Of a stretch of 32,000 nucleotides of DNA, positions 7,313 through 15,698 are shown in pieces. The translations under genes were made by a program, and so were the position numbers. The notes below the pieces were generated by a model. The model had not been told where the DNA came from. It searched no databases and was given only the letters and a program-made list of their open reading frames with translations. The stretch comes from Candidatus Electrothrix yaqonensis (GTDB taxonomy: Bacteria; Desulfobacterota; Desulfobulbia; Desulfobulbales; Desulfobulbaceae): positions 120,001 to 152,000 of the forward strand of contig CP178758.1 of assembly GCA_047651235.1 (NCBI GenBank), written 5' to 3'. Within the stretch, counting starts at the first letter, position 1, and every line of letters starts with the position of its first letter.

Positions 7313-8407
7313 ATGAATATGTCAGCAGCAGAAAATTTGTACCCTGTCCACAACAGCATCGGTAATGCCGTACGCGCCATGTTCCCGGAAAGCGCGTTTT
7401 TCATCAACTCGGTCCTGGCCATTGTCGGCCTGATGGCCGTGGTTTCGGCTCTGGCTGCCGTCCTAATCCTGATGGAGCGCAAGGTGGTTGCCCATTTTCA
7501 GGTGCGGCTCGGTCCTATGCGGGTCGGGTATCACGGCGTCCTGCAGCCCCTGGCCGACGGACTCAAGCTGATTTTCAAGGAGATTCTCAAGCCCAGAGGA
7601 GCAGACACCTTTATCTTTTACCTCGCCCCGATGCTGCCCCTGAGTGCGACCTTTCTTATCATGGCGGTTCTGCCCTTTGATCACCATCTGCAGGTAGCTG
7701 ATCCGGATGGAGGCGTGCTCTATGTGCTCGGTATTTCTGGCCTGACCGTGCTCGGTATTCTGCTGGCTGGCTGGTCGTCCAACAACAAGTATTCCCTGCT
7801 CGGCGCCATGCGTTCCGGGGCTCAGATGATTTCCTTTGAGGTCTCTGTCGCCCTGATCATGCTGCTCATTGTTATGGTCTCCGGTACGACCTCCCTGCGC
7901 GGCATCGTGCTTTCTCAGCAGGGCCTGATTTTCGACTGGTGGATATTCAAGATGCCCTTTCTCGGCATTGTCTCGTTTATTATGTACTTGGTCGCCTCCA
8001 CGGCCGAACTGAACCGCACTCCCTTTGATATCGCTGAAGCGGAATCCGAGCTGGCCGCAGGGTACCATACCGAGTACTCCGGCATGAGCTTTGCCATGTT
8101 TTTCTTTGCCGAATTCGTTAATATGTTTGTCTCGGCAGGACTGGCAACCACTTTTTTCCTCGGTGGTTTTCATCCGCCTCTCCTCGACATTGCCGCTGTT
8201 GACGGCCTGTTCAATGCTATACCGGGATTTATCTGGTTTTTCGGTAAGACATTTTTTATCATTTTTGTCTACATGTGGTTCCGCTGGACCTTCCCCCGCG
8301 TCAGGGTGGATCAGCTCATGTACCTGGAATGGAAAATGATGCTGCCCTTTAATCTGCTTCTCCTGATGCTGGGTGCCGTGTTTGTGATTCAGGGTTGGGC
8401 GGGGTAG
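7313..8407 (+). CDS. nuoH: NADH-quinone oxidoreductase subunit H
   Basis: MERKVVAHFQVRLGPMRVGYHGVLQPLADGLKL, and a polytopic membrane protein with AELNRTPFDIAEAESEL. Confidence 0.95.
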   Translation: MNMSAAENLYPVHNSIGNAVRAMFPESAFFINSVLAIVGLMAVVSALAAVLILMERKVVAHFQVRLGPMRVGYHGVLQPLADGLKLIFKEILKPRGADTFIFYLAPMLPLSATFLIMAVLPFDHHLQVADPDGGVLYVLGISGLTVLGILLAGWSSNNKYSLLGAMRSGAQMISFEVSVALIMLLIVMVSGTTSLRGIVLSQQGLIFDWWIFKMPFLGIVSFIMYLVASTAELNRTPFDIAEAESELAAGYHTEYSGMSFAMFFFAEFVNMFVSAGLATTFFLGGFHPPLLDIAAVDGLFNAIPGFIWFFGKTFFIIFVYMWFRWTFPRVRVDQLMYLEWKMMLPFNLLLLMLGAVFVIQGWAG

Positions 8408-8412
8408 GCAAC

Positions 8413-9846
8413 ATGCTGGACGCCGCCATCCGGGAGACCGCTCAAGATGATATTTTTTTGGGAGAGATAGAAGCGCAGGATAATATCCTGCTGAATTATT
8501 TTGCTGAAAAAATAGTCGTTGACGATTCACTGACCAGGCGGCTTGTCAGCTTTCAGGCCAATAAAAGCCGAACGTATTACAGGTGGTATAAATATAAAGA
8601 AGCATTTTCTGCTGATCTGATCGAATATCTTTTCCGGAAATACAATATAAAAAAAGGAAAAATACTTGATCCGTTTGCCGGTGCCGGAACTGCCTTATTT
8701 GCCTGTTCTGCTTTGGGGCATCCTGCTGAAGGGATTGAGGTTTTACCGGTTGGACAGAAGATCATAGAAGCAAATATTCTTGCCAGAGGTAATGGAAAAC
8801 AGAGTATTATCTCTGTTTTGGAAAGATGGGCTGCTGAACAGCCGTGGGAGAGGGAAGGTAAAAGGAAAAAAGTTGAGGTATTCCGGATAACAGACGGGGC
8901 ATATCCCAAAGAGACATATACAAAAATAGAAAGGTATTTAAACGATATCGAGGGAGAGTGTGCAGAAGCACAGGAAATCTTATTGTTTGCCCTGCTCTGT
9001 GTTGCTGAGTTAATAAGTTACACGAGAAAAGACGGGCAGTATCTCCGCTGGGATTATCGGGCTGGGAGAAAGATTGGCAAGACGGCTTTTGATAAAGGGA
9101 AAATTTTATCCTTTGATGAAGCTGTCGTAAAAAAGCTGAACGAAATAAAAAAAGATATTGAACTTGGCGACAGAAAAAATGATCTGTTTTCTTTTATGCA
9201 GAAAGATATACCGGCGGGCAGGCTCAGGCTGTACCGAGGCTCCTGTCTGGAGATTCTGCCTCAATTGGAAAGCAATACCTATACCGGGATAATTACGTCA
9301 CCACCTTACTGTAACCGCTATGATTATACGAGAACGTATGCTTTAGAACATGCATTGCTCGGTGTAAAAGAAACCGAGTTGTCGAATCTGCGGCAGGCTA
9401 TGTTAAGCTGTACAGTAGAAAATAAGGCCAAAGAACTTGTCGGACTGCATCATAAATGGAAAAGAGCAGTGGATATATGCGACAATCTTCCTTTATTGCA
9501 GCAGATACTGCAGTACCTGTACTATAAAAAAGAGAAAAAAGAATTGAATAATAACGGTATTGCCCGGATGGTGCGGGGGTATTTCTATGAAATGGCTTGT
9601 GTGATTCAGGAATGCCGCAGGGTGCTGGAAAAAGGCGGTATGATGTTCATGGTGAATGATAATGTCAGGTATGCCGGAGCAGCATTGTCCGTTGATACAA
9701 TTCTTTCAAAGATAGCAGAGGAAATAGGATTCCGGATAAACAATATTCTTGTTCTGCCCCAAGGCAAAGGAAACAGTTCGCAGCAGATGGGCCGACATGG
9801 ACGGGCAGTTTTGAGGAAATGCGTCTATGTATGGGAAAAAGGATGA
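8413..9846 (+). CDS. Site-specific DNA methyltransferase (amino-MTase; motif I before motif IV)
   Basis: Motif I ILDPFAGAGTALFA and motif IV IITSPPYCNRYDY. The N-terminal YRWYKYKEAFS is typical of this MTase group. I prefer the ATG at 8413, 5 nt after the nuoH stop. The track's TTG at 8395 would overlap nuoH. Confidence 0.9.
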   Translation: MLDAAIRETAQDDIFLGEIEAQDNILLNYFAEKIVVDDSLTRRLVSFQANKSRTYYRWYKYKEAFSADLIEYLFRKYNIKKGKILDPFAGAGTALFACSALGHPAEGIEVLPVGQKIIEANILARGNGKQSIISVLERWAAEQPWEREGKRKKVEVFRITDGAYPKETYTKIERYLNDIEGECAEAQEILLFALLCVAELISYTRKDGQYLRWDYRAGRKIGKTAFDKGKILSFDEAVVKKLNEIKKDIELGDRKNDLFSFMQKDIPAGRLRLYRGSCLEILPQLESNTYTGIITSPPYCNRYDYTRTYALEHALLGVKETELSNLRQAMLSCTVENKAKELVGLHHKWKRAVDICDNLPLLQQILQYLYYKKEKKELNNNGIARMVRGYFYEMACVIQECRRVLEKGGMMFMVNDNVRYAGAALSVDTILSKIAEEIGFRINNILVLPQGKGNSSQQMGRHGRAVLRKCVYVWEKG

Positions 9847-9849
9847 TAC

Positions 9850-10809
9850 ATGCCGTTCAGGATTCATCTGAAGTCATACAAAGACCTCATTACACCCTAT
9901 GAAAAAACGCGGGCCGGATTTATTGCTCTGGCACTTGAGAAAAACAGAAAAGCAACACCTTTTATTGAGGAAGCCAAGGTGCTTAAGGCGTTGGCTTTAA
10001 AGGCGGAAATACCAAGAAAGTTGTTATTGATTCATGAAATAGAAAATTCATTACTGACAGCTGCAGGGATTTCGGAAAAAGCAAAGAATCATCTGCAGGA
10101 GGAAGACAAGAAGGAGGCAATCAAAGGATTAATCGATAACTTTCTCGAACCTGCGGGCAGCTCTTTTATTGAAGAACTGGTTTATCGTTTCCTGCTGACA
10201 AGAGGAGATGCTCTCGGCGGCAGCATCCGAAATCTCTCCGGCGCACTGGGTGAATGGCGGTTTACCAGAATATTCATTTCCACCTGTTCGGTAGGCGGCA
10301 TGACTGTTGAATATCTTGATGCAAAGAGCAGGAAATGGATGCGGGCAGATACTGAACCGGAAATAGAGAAAAGGATTAAGGGGCTGCATTGGCTTTCTTG
10401 TGGAAATCCTCGTACGTTAATTTATAATTTAACCGTACCCACAGTGCAGAAAAATGTTGATCTCTGCCTGTTTGATTGTTCTCCCGATGAAATTATATTC
10501 GGCAAAAACAAAGAATCTGTTCACTTCAAATCGAAAAAATATCTTGCACTGGGCGAGCTGAAAGGAGGTATTGATCCGGCAGGAGCGGATGAACATTGGA
10601 AAACAGCGAACTCTGCTCTTGAGAGAATCAGGAAGGCTTTTTCCGGACAAAACTGCAGGCCGAGAACATTTTTTGTCGGTGCTGCGATAGAACATGCTAT
10701 GGCTGAAGAAATATTTCAGCAGCTGGACAGCGGCAGGTTATCAAATGCAGCAAACCTGACCGATGAGAAGCAGGTCGTTTCACTGTGTGATTGGCTCATA
10801 AAATTATAG
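9850..10809 (+). CDS. Putative type II restriction endonuclease partner (PD-(D/E)XK-like)
   Basis: Starts 3 nt after the MTase stop. Candidate catalytic pattern VDLCLFD ... LGELKGG (D...E-x-K). The family was not identified. The call rests mainly on context. Confidence 0.55.
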   Translation: MPFRIHLKSYKDLITPYEKTRAGFIALALEKNRKATPFIEEAKVLKALALKAEIPRKLLLIHEIENSLLTAAGISEKAKNHLQEEDKKEAIKGLIDNFLEPAGSSFIEELVYRFLLTRGDALGGSIRNLSGALGEWRFTRIFISTCSVGGMTVEYLDAKSRKWMRADTEPEIEKRIKGLHWLSCGNPRTLIYNLTVPTVQKNVDLCLFDCSPDEIIFGKNKESVHFKSKKYLALGELKGGIDPAGADEHWKTANSALERIRKAFSGQNCRPRTFFVGAAIEHAMAEEIFQQLDSGRLSNAANLTDEKQVVSLCDWLIKL

Positions 10810-10822
10810 TAAAGAAAAAAAT

Positions 10823-10969
10823 ATGCCCTACAGTGACTTTACGCTCAAACGGGTAAAAACTGAGTTTGAACTGATTGAAGAGAAAGGTATTTTTTTTGCG
10901 ATCAGCCTAGCCGAGCTGAGTGACTTGCTGTGTTGCATCGGGAGGACTTTACTCTTGAGATTATTATGA
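10823..10969 (+). pseudogene. Short ORF or decayed gene remnant at the right edge of the R-M insert
   Basis: The ATG at 10823 gives MPYSDFTLKRVKTEFELIEEKGIFFAISLAELSDLL..., which stops after 48 aa. Coding-like sequence continues in another frame (...TTELSREKIVLLQDEK, ending about 11025), which suggests a frameshifted remnant. No homology was confirmed. Confidence 0.25.
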
Positions 10970-11038
10970 AAACAACAGAATTGTCGCGGGAAAAGATTGT
11001 TCTGCTGCAAGACGAAAAATAAGTTTTGAACTGACCCC

Positions 11039-11533
11039 ATGAAAGAAACCGTCCCCAAGGAAAGCCTGCTGGAATACAGCGGCCGCTACCTGTACAAAGT
11101 CTTTACCGGATTCTATTCTCTGATGCAGGGAATGGATATTACCATAAAATATTTCCTTAATCCCAAGACTGTCATTACCCAGCAGTATCCGGAAAACCGG
11201 GATACTCTGGAGATGTTTGATCGTTTTCGCGGGCCGCTGCACATGCCGCATGACGAAAACGGCAACAATGCCTGCACGGCCTGCGGCATCTGTGAAAAGT
11301 CCTGTCCCAACGGCACGATTTCCGTCCTGCCGACCAGGGATATCAGCGGCAGCAAGGTGCTCGGCAAATACATCTACCGGAGCGGCCAATGCGCCTTCTG
11401 CGGTCTCTGCGTGGAAGCCTGTCCGTTCGGGGCTATTACCATGTCCGGGGAATTTGAGCTGACCGTGTACGACCGGAACGAACTGACCTGGGTGCTCAAC
11501 AAACCTCAAGACGAAACACAGGGAGAATGCTGA
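11039..11533 (+). CDS. nuoI: NADH-quinone oxidoreductase subunit I (2x[4Fe-4S] ferredoxin-type)
   Basis: CTACGICEKSCP and CAFCGLCVEACP cluster motifs, with typical size and position. Confidence 0.95.
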   Translation: MKETVPKESLLEYSGRYLYKVFTGFYSLMQGMDITIKYFLNPKTVITQQYPENRDTLEMFDRFRGPLHMPHDENGNNACTACGICEKSCPNGTISVLPTRDISGSKVLGKYIYRSGQCAFCGLCVEACPFGAITMSGEFELTVYDRNELTWVLNKPQDETQGEC

Positions 11534-12063
11534 TGAGTGATGTTCTCTTTTATCTGCTGGCTGCGCTGCTGGTGACCCTGTCATGCTTGGTGGTGCGTCT
11601 GCCCAATATGCTGCACAGCGCCATCGCCCTGATCGGTTCCTTCTTTATCACGGCAGCTCTGTACATCATGCTGCAGATCGAGATGCTGGCCCTGGCCCAG
11701 ATCATGCTGTATATCGGCGGCATTGTTGTTTTTATGCTGATCATTATTCTGCTGACCACCGGCCTTGGAGTAGACAACAAACTAAGTCAGATCAGCGCGG
11801 GCAAATGGCTCAGCAAGGGACTGCTGACCGGAACGCTGTTCACCGGTCTGCTCTATTTTTTCACCGAAAACGCTTCATCTCTGCTTGAGGCCTCAAGTCA
11901 TCGGGCCGCGCCGGTTACCATCGACCAGATCGGTTTCCGTCTGCTGTCCCCGGAAAACGGCTTTATCGTGCCGTTTGAGGTGGTGTCGCTGCTGCTCCTT
12001 GCCGCTCTGGTCGGCGCAGTGGTGCTTGCCCGTAAAGATGCTGATAAGGAGGACCAGTCATGA
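11527..12063 (+). CDS. nuoJ: NADH-quinone oxidoreductase subunit J
   Basis: Hydrophobic 178-aa protein overlapping the nuoI stop. FEVVSLLLLAALVGAVVLARK is typical of NuoJ. The start is either 11527 or 11533. Confidence 0.9.
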   Translation: MLMSDVLFYLLAALLVTLSCLVVRLPNMLHSAIALIGSFFITAALYIMLQIEMLALAQIMLYIGGIVVFMLIIILLTTGLGVDNKLSQISAGKWLSKGLLTGTLFTGLLYFFTENASSLLEASSHRAAPVTIDQIGFRLLSPENGFIVPFEVVSLLLLAALVGAVVLARKDADKEDQS

Positions 12064-12365
12064 CCCTGTCCCATTGTATCGCCCTGTCGCTGATCCTCTG
12101 CGGGATCGGGCTGTTCGGGATGCTGACCCGGCGGAACCTGTTGGGAATTCTCCTATCGGTGGAGATTATTCTCAACGGGGCCAACATCAACTTTGCCGCC
12201 TTTGCTCATTTCAAAGCGGCAGACCCGGTTGCCGGTGCCGTGTTTCCGATCTTTGTTATGGCGGTCTCGGCCTGTGAAATAGCGGTGGCTCTGGCAATTA
12301 TCCTTTCCATGTACCGTCATAAAAAACAGCTTGACGTGTATCGGCTGGAGGAACTCAATGGCTGA
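12060..12365 (+). CDS. nuoK: NADH-quinone oxidoreductase subunit K
   Basis: 101-aa protein with three TM helices and the LLSVEIILNGANINF motif. ATGA overlap with nuoJ. Confidence 0.9.
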   Translation: MTLSHCIALSLILCGIGLFGMLTRRNLLGILLSVEIILNGANINFAAFAHFKAADPVAGAVFPIFVMAVSACEIAVALAIILSMYRHKKQLDVYRLEELNG

Positions 12366-14310
12366 TTATATTTTTTTGAACAGTTACCTGATCCTGCTCT
12401 GTCCGCTGCTCAGCTTTGTCCTGATCGGGCTGAAATATCTCCGTGCGGACAATCAATTTGTCGGTAAGCTCGCCATCACCCTGTCCGGCATTTCATGCGG
12501 CTATGCCTTGCTCACCGCCCTGACCTATCTGATTGTGGTGCTGGGCAATGGGCAGCCGTACCCGGACAAGCTGGCCTTTGATGTGGGCTGGCTCAACTTC
12601 GCTCCTGACCTGACCGCCAATATGGGGATCTATTTGGACCCCATCTCAGTAATGATGCTGGTGGTGGTCACGGTGATCTCCCTGCTGGTTAATATCTATT
12701 CAGTCGGTTATATGAAGGGCGATCCTTCCTTTAACCGTTTTTTTTCTCTGCTGGCCCTGTTTTCCTTTTCCATGCTGGGCTTGGTGATTTCCAGCAATAT
12801 CCTCCAGATGTTTGTCTTCTGGGAACTGGTCGGCGTTTCGTCGTATTCTCTGATCGGTTTCTGGTACGAAAAGCCCTCTGCTGTAGCGGCTTCGAAAAAA
12901 GCCTTTATCATGACCCGTTTTGCCGACGCCTTTTTCCTCCTGGGTATTCTGCTGGTCAGCTTCCAGAGCGGCAGTTTCAGTTTCCAGACCCTGAACAGCC
13001 CGGAGACCGCAGCCCTGCTTAATAAAAAATTTCTTTTTGCAGGCATGTCAGTCAATATGCTGACCTTGGCCACCTTGCTCATCTTCTGCGGCGGCTGGGG
13101 AAAATCAGCCATGTTTCCCCTCCATGTCTGGCTGCCTGATGCAATGGAAGGCCCGACCCCGGTTTCCTCTATTATTCACTCGGCAACTATGGTTGTAGCC
13201 GGTGTCTACCTGACTGCCCGGATGTTTCCCCTGTTCGCTGCTGCGGAAAGCACCCTGTTCGTGATTCAGTGTATCGGTGCCTTCACCGCTCTGTTTGCCG
13301 CTATCATTGCCATCACTCAGATGGACATCAAGCGGATTCTGGCCTTTTCCACCCTGTCGCAGTTGGGCTATATGATTTTTTCATTGGGAGCCGCAAAGGT
13401 CTGTGCAGAGGCCGTGCATCACGGGCCTGACGTAAATCCGCTGGGCTATTCAGCCTCCATGTACCACGTCTTTACCCACGCCTTTTTTAAATGCATGCTC
13501 TTCCTCGGTGCAGGCTCCATCATCCATGTTGTCCACAGCAACGACATCATGAAGATGGGCGGGCTGAAATCGTTGATGCCCAGAACCTACTGGTCACTGC
13601 TGGCCGCCTGTCTGGCCATTGCCGGAGTCTTTCCGTTCAGCGGTTTCTGGTCCAAAGACGCCATTCTGCTGTCTGCCCTGCAGTCCGGCCATACCGTCAC
13701 CTTTCTGGTCGGTTTGGTCACCGGCGGGCTGACTGCCTTTTATATGTTCCGTTTTTTCTTCCTTATCTTTCATGGAGAGGCACGCTCCGAACTGCATGAG
13801 GTGCATGAAGACCCTTGGATGACTTGGCCGATCGTCGTTCTGACCGTACCGACCATTTTTGCCGGATTGCTGGAGCATTCTTTTATGGCACAGGTTGTCC
13901 CGCCCCATCTCGGCGAAGCCGGACATTTTGCCCATCCGGGCTGGCTACCGTGGCTGGCTACCCTTGCTGCGGTCCTTGGTATCGGCGGCGCATGGCTGCT
14001 ATACGGCCAGGGAAAGACGGAAGCTGCCGCACGACTGAAGAATATCTTCGGGCCAGCGTATACGGTGGTATCCAACAAGTTCTACATGGATGAAGTGTGG
14101 TTGTTCATTACCCATAAGATCATCTTTGCCTATATCGCTGCGCCGATCAAATGGTTTGACCGCCATATTGTGGACGGCACCATGAACCTCTGCGGCTGGC
14201 TGCTGCATGTCGGCGGTAAGGGAGTACGGCTTGCCCAGAACGGGCAGTTGCAGTTTTACCTCGGGGCTACGGTGATCGGCTTTATTGCGCTGCTGTTTTT
14301 GGGGCAATAA
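12358..14310 (+). CDS. nuoL: NADH-quinone oxidoreductase subunit L
   Basis: Antiporter-like subunit with WELVGVSSYSLIGFWY, SAMFPLHVWLPDAMEGPTPVSSIIHSATMV and a long C-terminal helix region. I prefer the ATG at 12358, which overlaps the nuoK stop (ATGGCTGA), over the track's TTG at 12331. Confidence 0.95.
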   Translation: MADYIFLNSYLILLCPLLSFVLIGLKYLRADNQFVGKLAITLSGISCGYALLTALTYLIVVLGNGQPYPDKLAFDVGWLNFAPDLTANMGIYLDPISVMMLVVVTVISLLVNIYSVGYMKGDPSFNRFFSLLALFSFSMLGLVISSNILQMFVFWELVGVSSYSLIGFWYEKPSAVAASKKAFIMTRFADAFFLLGILLVSFQSGSFSFQTLNSPETAALLNKKFLFAGMSVNMLTLATLLIFCGGWGKSAMFPLHVWLPDAMEGPTPVSSIIHSATMVVAGVYLTARMFPLFAAAESTLFVIQCIGAFTALFAAIIAITQMDIKRILAFSTLSQLGYMIFSLGAAKVCAEAVHHGPDVNPLGYSASMYHVFTHAFFKCMLFLGAGSIIHVVHSNDIMKMGGLKSLMPRTYWSLLAACLAIAGVFPFSGFWSKDAILLSALQSGHTVTFLVGLVTGGLTAFYMFRFFFLIFHGEARSELHEVHEDPWMTWPIVVLTVPTIFAGLLEHSFMAQVVPPHLGEAGHFAHPGWLPWLATLAAVLGIGGAWLLYGQGKTEAAARLKNIFGPAYTVVSNKFYMDEVWLFITHKIIFAYIAAPIKWFDRHIVDGTMNLCGWLLHVGGKGVRLAQNGQLQFYLGATVIGFIALLFLGQ

Positions 14311-14326
14311 AGCCTGATGCGATCAA

Positions 14327-14578
14327 ATGTTTATACATGTTGAGCAGGCAAGACACATCAGCGGTTATAAGGTATGGCTGTCCTTTAATGACGGTTTGGA
14401 AGGCGAAATAGACTTATCTTCCGAATTAGACGGTGAATTATTTGAACCGTTGAAAGAGATCGAATTTTTTAAATCGTTTATCGTAGAAGGTCATACGCTT
14501 TCATGGAGTAACGGTGCTGATTTCGCCCCGGAATTTCTGCGTGAGCGCATAGTTGAATCCGGCTTGATTGATGCGTAA
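14327..14578 (+). CDS. DUF2442 domain protein (orphan, no DUF4160 partner)
   Basis: V..A....GYKVWLSFNDGLEGEIDL...FEPL....FF..F.V.G.TLSW.NGADFAPEFL matches the DUF2442 pattern. It is a paralog of 15438-15698. Confidence 0.8.
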   Translation: MFIHVEQARHISGYKVWLSFNDGLEGEIDLSSELDGELFEPLKEIEFFKSFIVEGHTLSWSNGADFAPEFLRERIVESGLIDA

Positions 14579-14627
14579 CTGTCGCGTCCCGTGTGATAAT
14601 ATACCTGCGAGAAGTTGGCCCTTGTTT

Positions 14628-14708
14628 CTTGCCCAGAACGGACAGCTGCAGTTTTATCTTGGAGCCACGGTTGTCGGATTTATCGTGCTGTTGTTCTTTG
14701 GGAAATGA
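14628..14708 (+). pseudogene. Detached, diverged copy of the last 26 codons plus stop of nuoL
   Basis: Encodes LAQNGQLQFYLGATVVGFIVLLFFGK*, against LAQNGQLQFYLGATVIGFIALLFLGQ* at 14230-14310. My hand alignment finds about 16 mismatches in 81 nt, mostly at synonymous sites. Confidence 0.85.
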
Positions 14709-14953
14709 CGAATAAGGATGCTACTATGGGGGCGGCCTATGAACTCTACCGCAAAGGTAAAGCGATCGGCTGTGTCATAGACCCTCTCACGAACCCGGAG
14801 CAGGAAATTTCGCCAACGTGCGAACCTGATCTCAAAGAGTTCATATCGGCTATAAAGGTCAAGGATGCCAAAGTTAAAAATAGCATGATTTGCTACAAAT
14901 ACAAAACCCTAAACTTCAAACAAGATAGTAATAGTATAAATAATGACAAATAG
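14705..14953 (+). CDS. Hypothetical small protein (82 aa)
   Basis: The ATG at 14705 overlaps the TGA of the nuoL-end fragment (ATGA coupling). Product is MTNKDATMGAAYELYRKGKAIGCVIDPLTNPEQ... No family recognised, and the RBS is weak. Confidence 0.3.
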   Translation: MTNKDATMGAAYELYRKGKAIGCVIDPLTNPEQEISPTCEPDLKEFISAIKVKDAKVKNSMICYKYKTLNFKQDSNSINNDK

Positions 14954-15029
14954 AGTTGAGTTACAGAAGAACGAAGATTGGGCTTTTAGAAGAAATAGAA
15001 CGTTTAGAGCAAACTAAGGAAAATCTGCT

Positions 15030-15128
15030 GTGGAATGGGCTGGCGTCATAAACAATCCTCCGCTGAAGGATCTGCCGTTTAAGGCAGTGATCTGTTCCAC
15101 ATCGAAATGCGAAATAATAACTCGGTGA
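15030..15128 (+). pseudogene. Diverged copy of the first 18 codons of the Uma2-like gene, then unrelated sequence to a stop
   Basis: VEWAGVINNPPLKDLPFK (GTG start) compares with MEWASVINNPLLKDLPFK at 15698-15751. There are 6 mismatches in the 53 nt after the start position. Confidence 0.7.
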
Positions 15129-15166
15129 TGTATATCAGAGATAATCGGCAACCTTCTGAATAGTTG

Positions 15167-15433
15167 ATGCCTACTATTTCAATGTTTTATGGAATTATTG
15201 TTCGGATGTTTTGTGCGCCGTCCGAACATAATCCCCCGCATATTCACGCATATTACCAAGATGATAAAGCTGTTGTGGACATACAGAAGTGCAAAATTAC
15301 AGAAGGCCAACTTCCTCGGAAGCAGAAAAGGTTGATTTTGGCATGGGTAGAAATCCATCAGGACGAGTTACTTGCAAATTGGAGCTTAGCGTCAAAAGGT
15401 GAATTACCCTTTAAAATTGATCCGTTAAAGTAG
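15167..15433 (+). CDS. DUF4160 domain protein
   Basis: MPTISMFYGIIVRMFCAPSEHNPPHIHAYYQDDKAVVDI is the hallmark DUF4160 N-terminus. I prefer the ATG at 15167 over the TTG at 15164. Confidence 0.85.
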   Translation: MPTISMFYGIIVRMFCAPSEHNPPHIHAYYQDDKAVVDIQKCKITEGQLPRKQKRLILAWVEIHQDELLANWSLASKGELPFKIDPLK

Positions 15434-15437
15434 GATT

Positions 15438-15698
15438 ATGTATTTATCTGTTAAAAATGTTGTGCCGCTCGCAGATTATAAATTGCTTCTGACGTTTGAA
15501 AATGAAGAAGTCAAAATATTTGATCTTACTCCTTACTTGGCAACAGGACAATTTTCAGAACTTCGGGATATTGCACTATTCAACTCTGTCTCCGTCTCTT
15601 TCGATTCGATAGAATGGGCTAATCATTTAGATTTAGACCCAGAGTTTTTGTACAAGAAAAGCACAACAGTCAATAATCCACAGAACATTACAAACTGA
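15438..15698 (+). CDS. DUF2442 domain protein (partner of DUF4160)
   Basis: Lies 4 nt after the DUF4160 stop. V.PL.DYKLLLTFENEEVKIFDL.PYL..G.F..L....LF.SV.V.F.SIEW.N.LDLDPEFLY. Its stop overlaps the next ATG (TGATG). Confidence 0.85.
   Translation: MYLSVKNVVPLADYKLLLTFENEEVKIFDLTPYLATGQFSELRDIALFNSVSVSFDSIEWANHLDLDPEFLYKKSTTVNNPQNITN

Noticed and set aside
7463-8530. 355-aa minus-strand ORF
   Set aside because: It is antisense to nuoH and to the MTase start, and has no recognisable motifs.
14615-14704. N-terminal 30 codons of the track ORF 14615-14953
   Set aside because: This stretch is an out-of-frame reading across the nuoL 3-prime-end duplicate. If the ORF is real, it more plausibly starts at the ATG at 14705.
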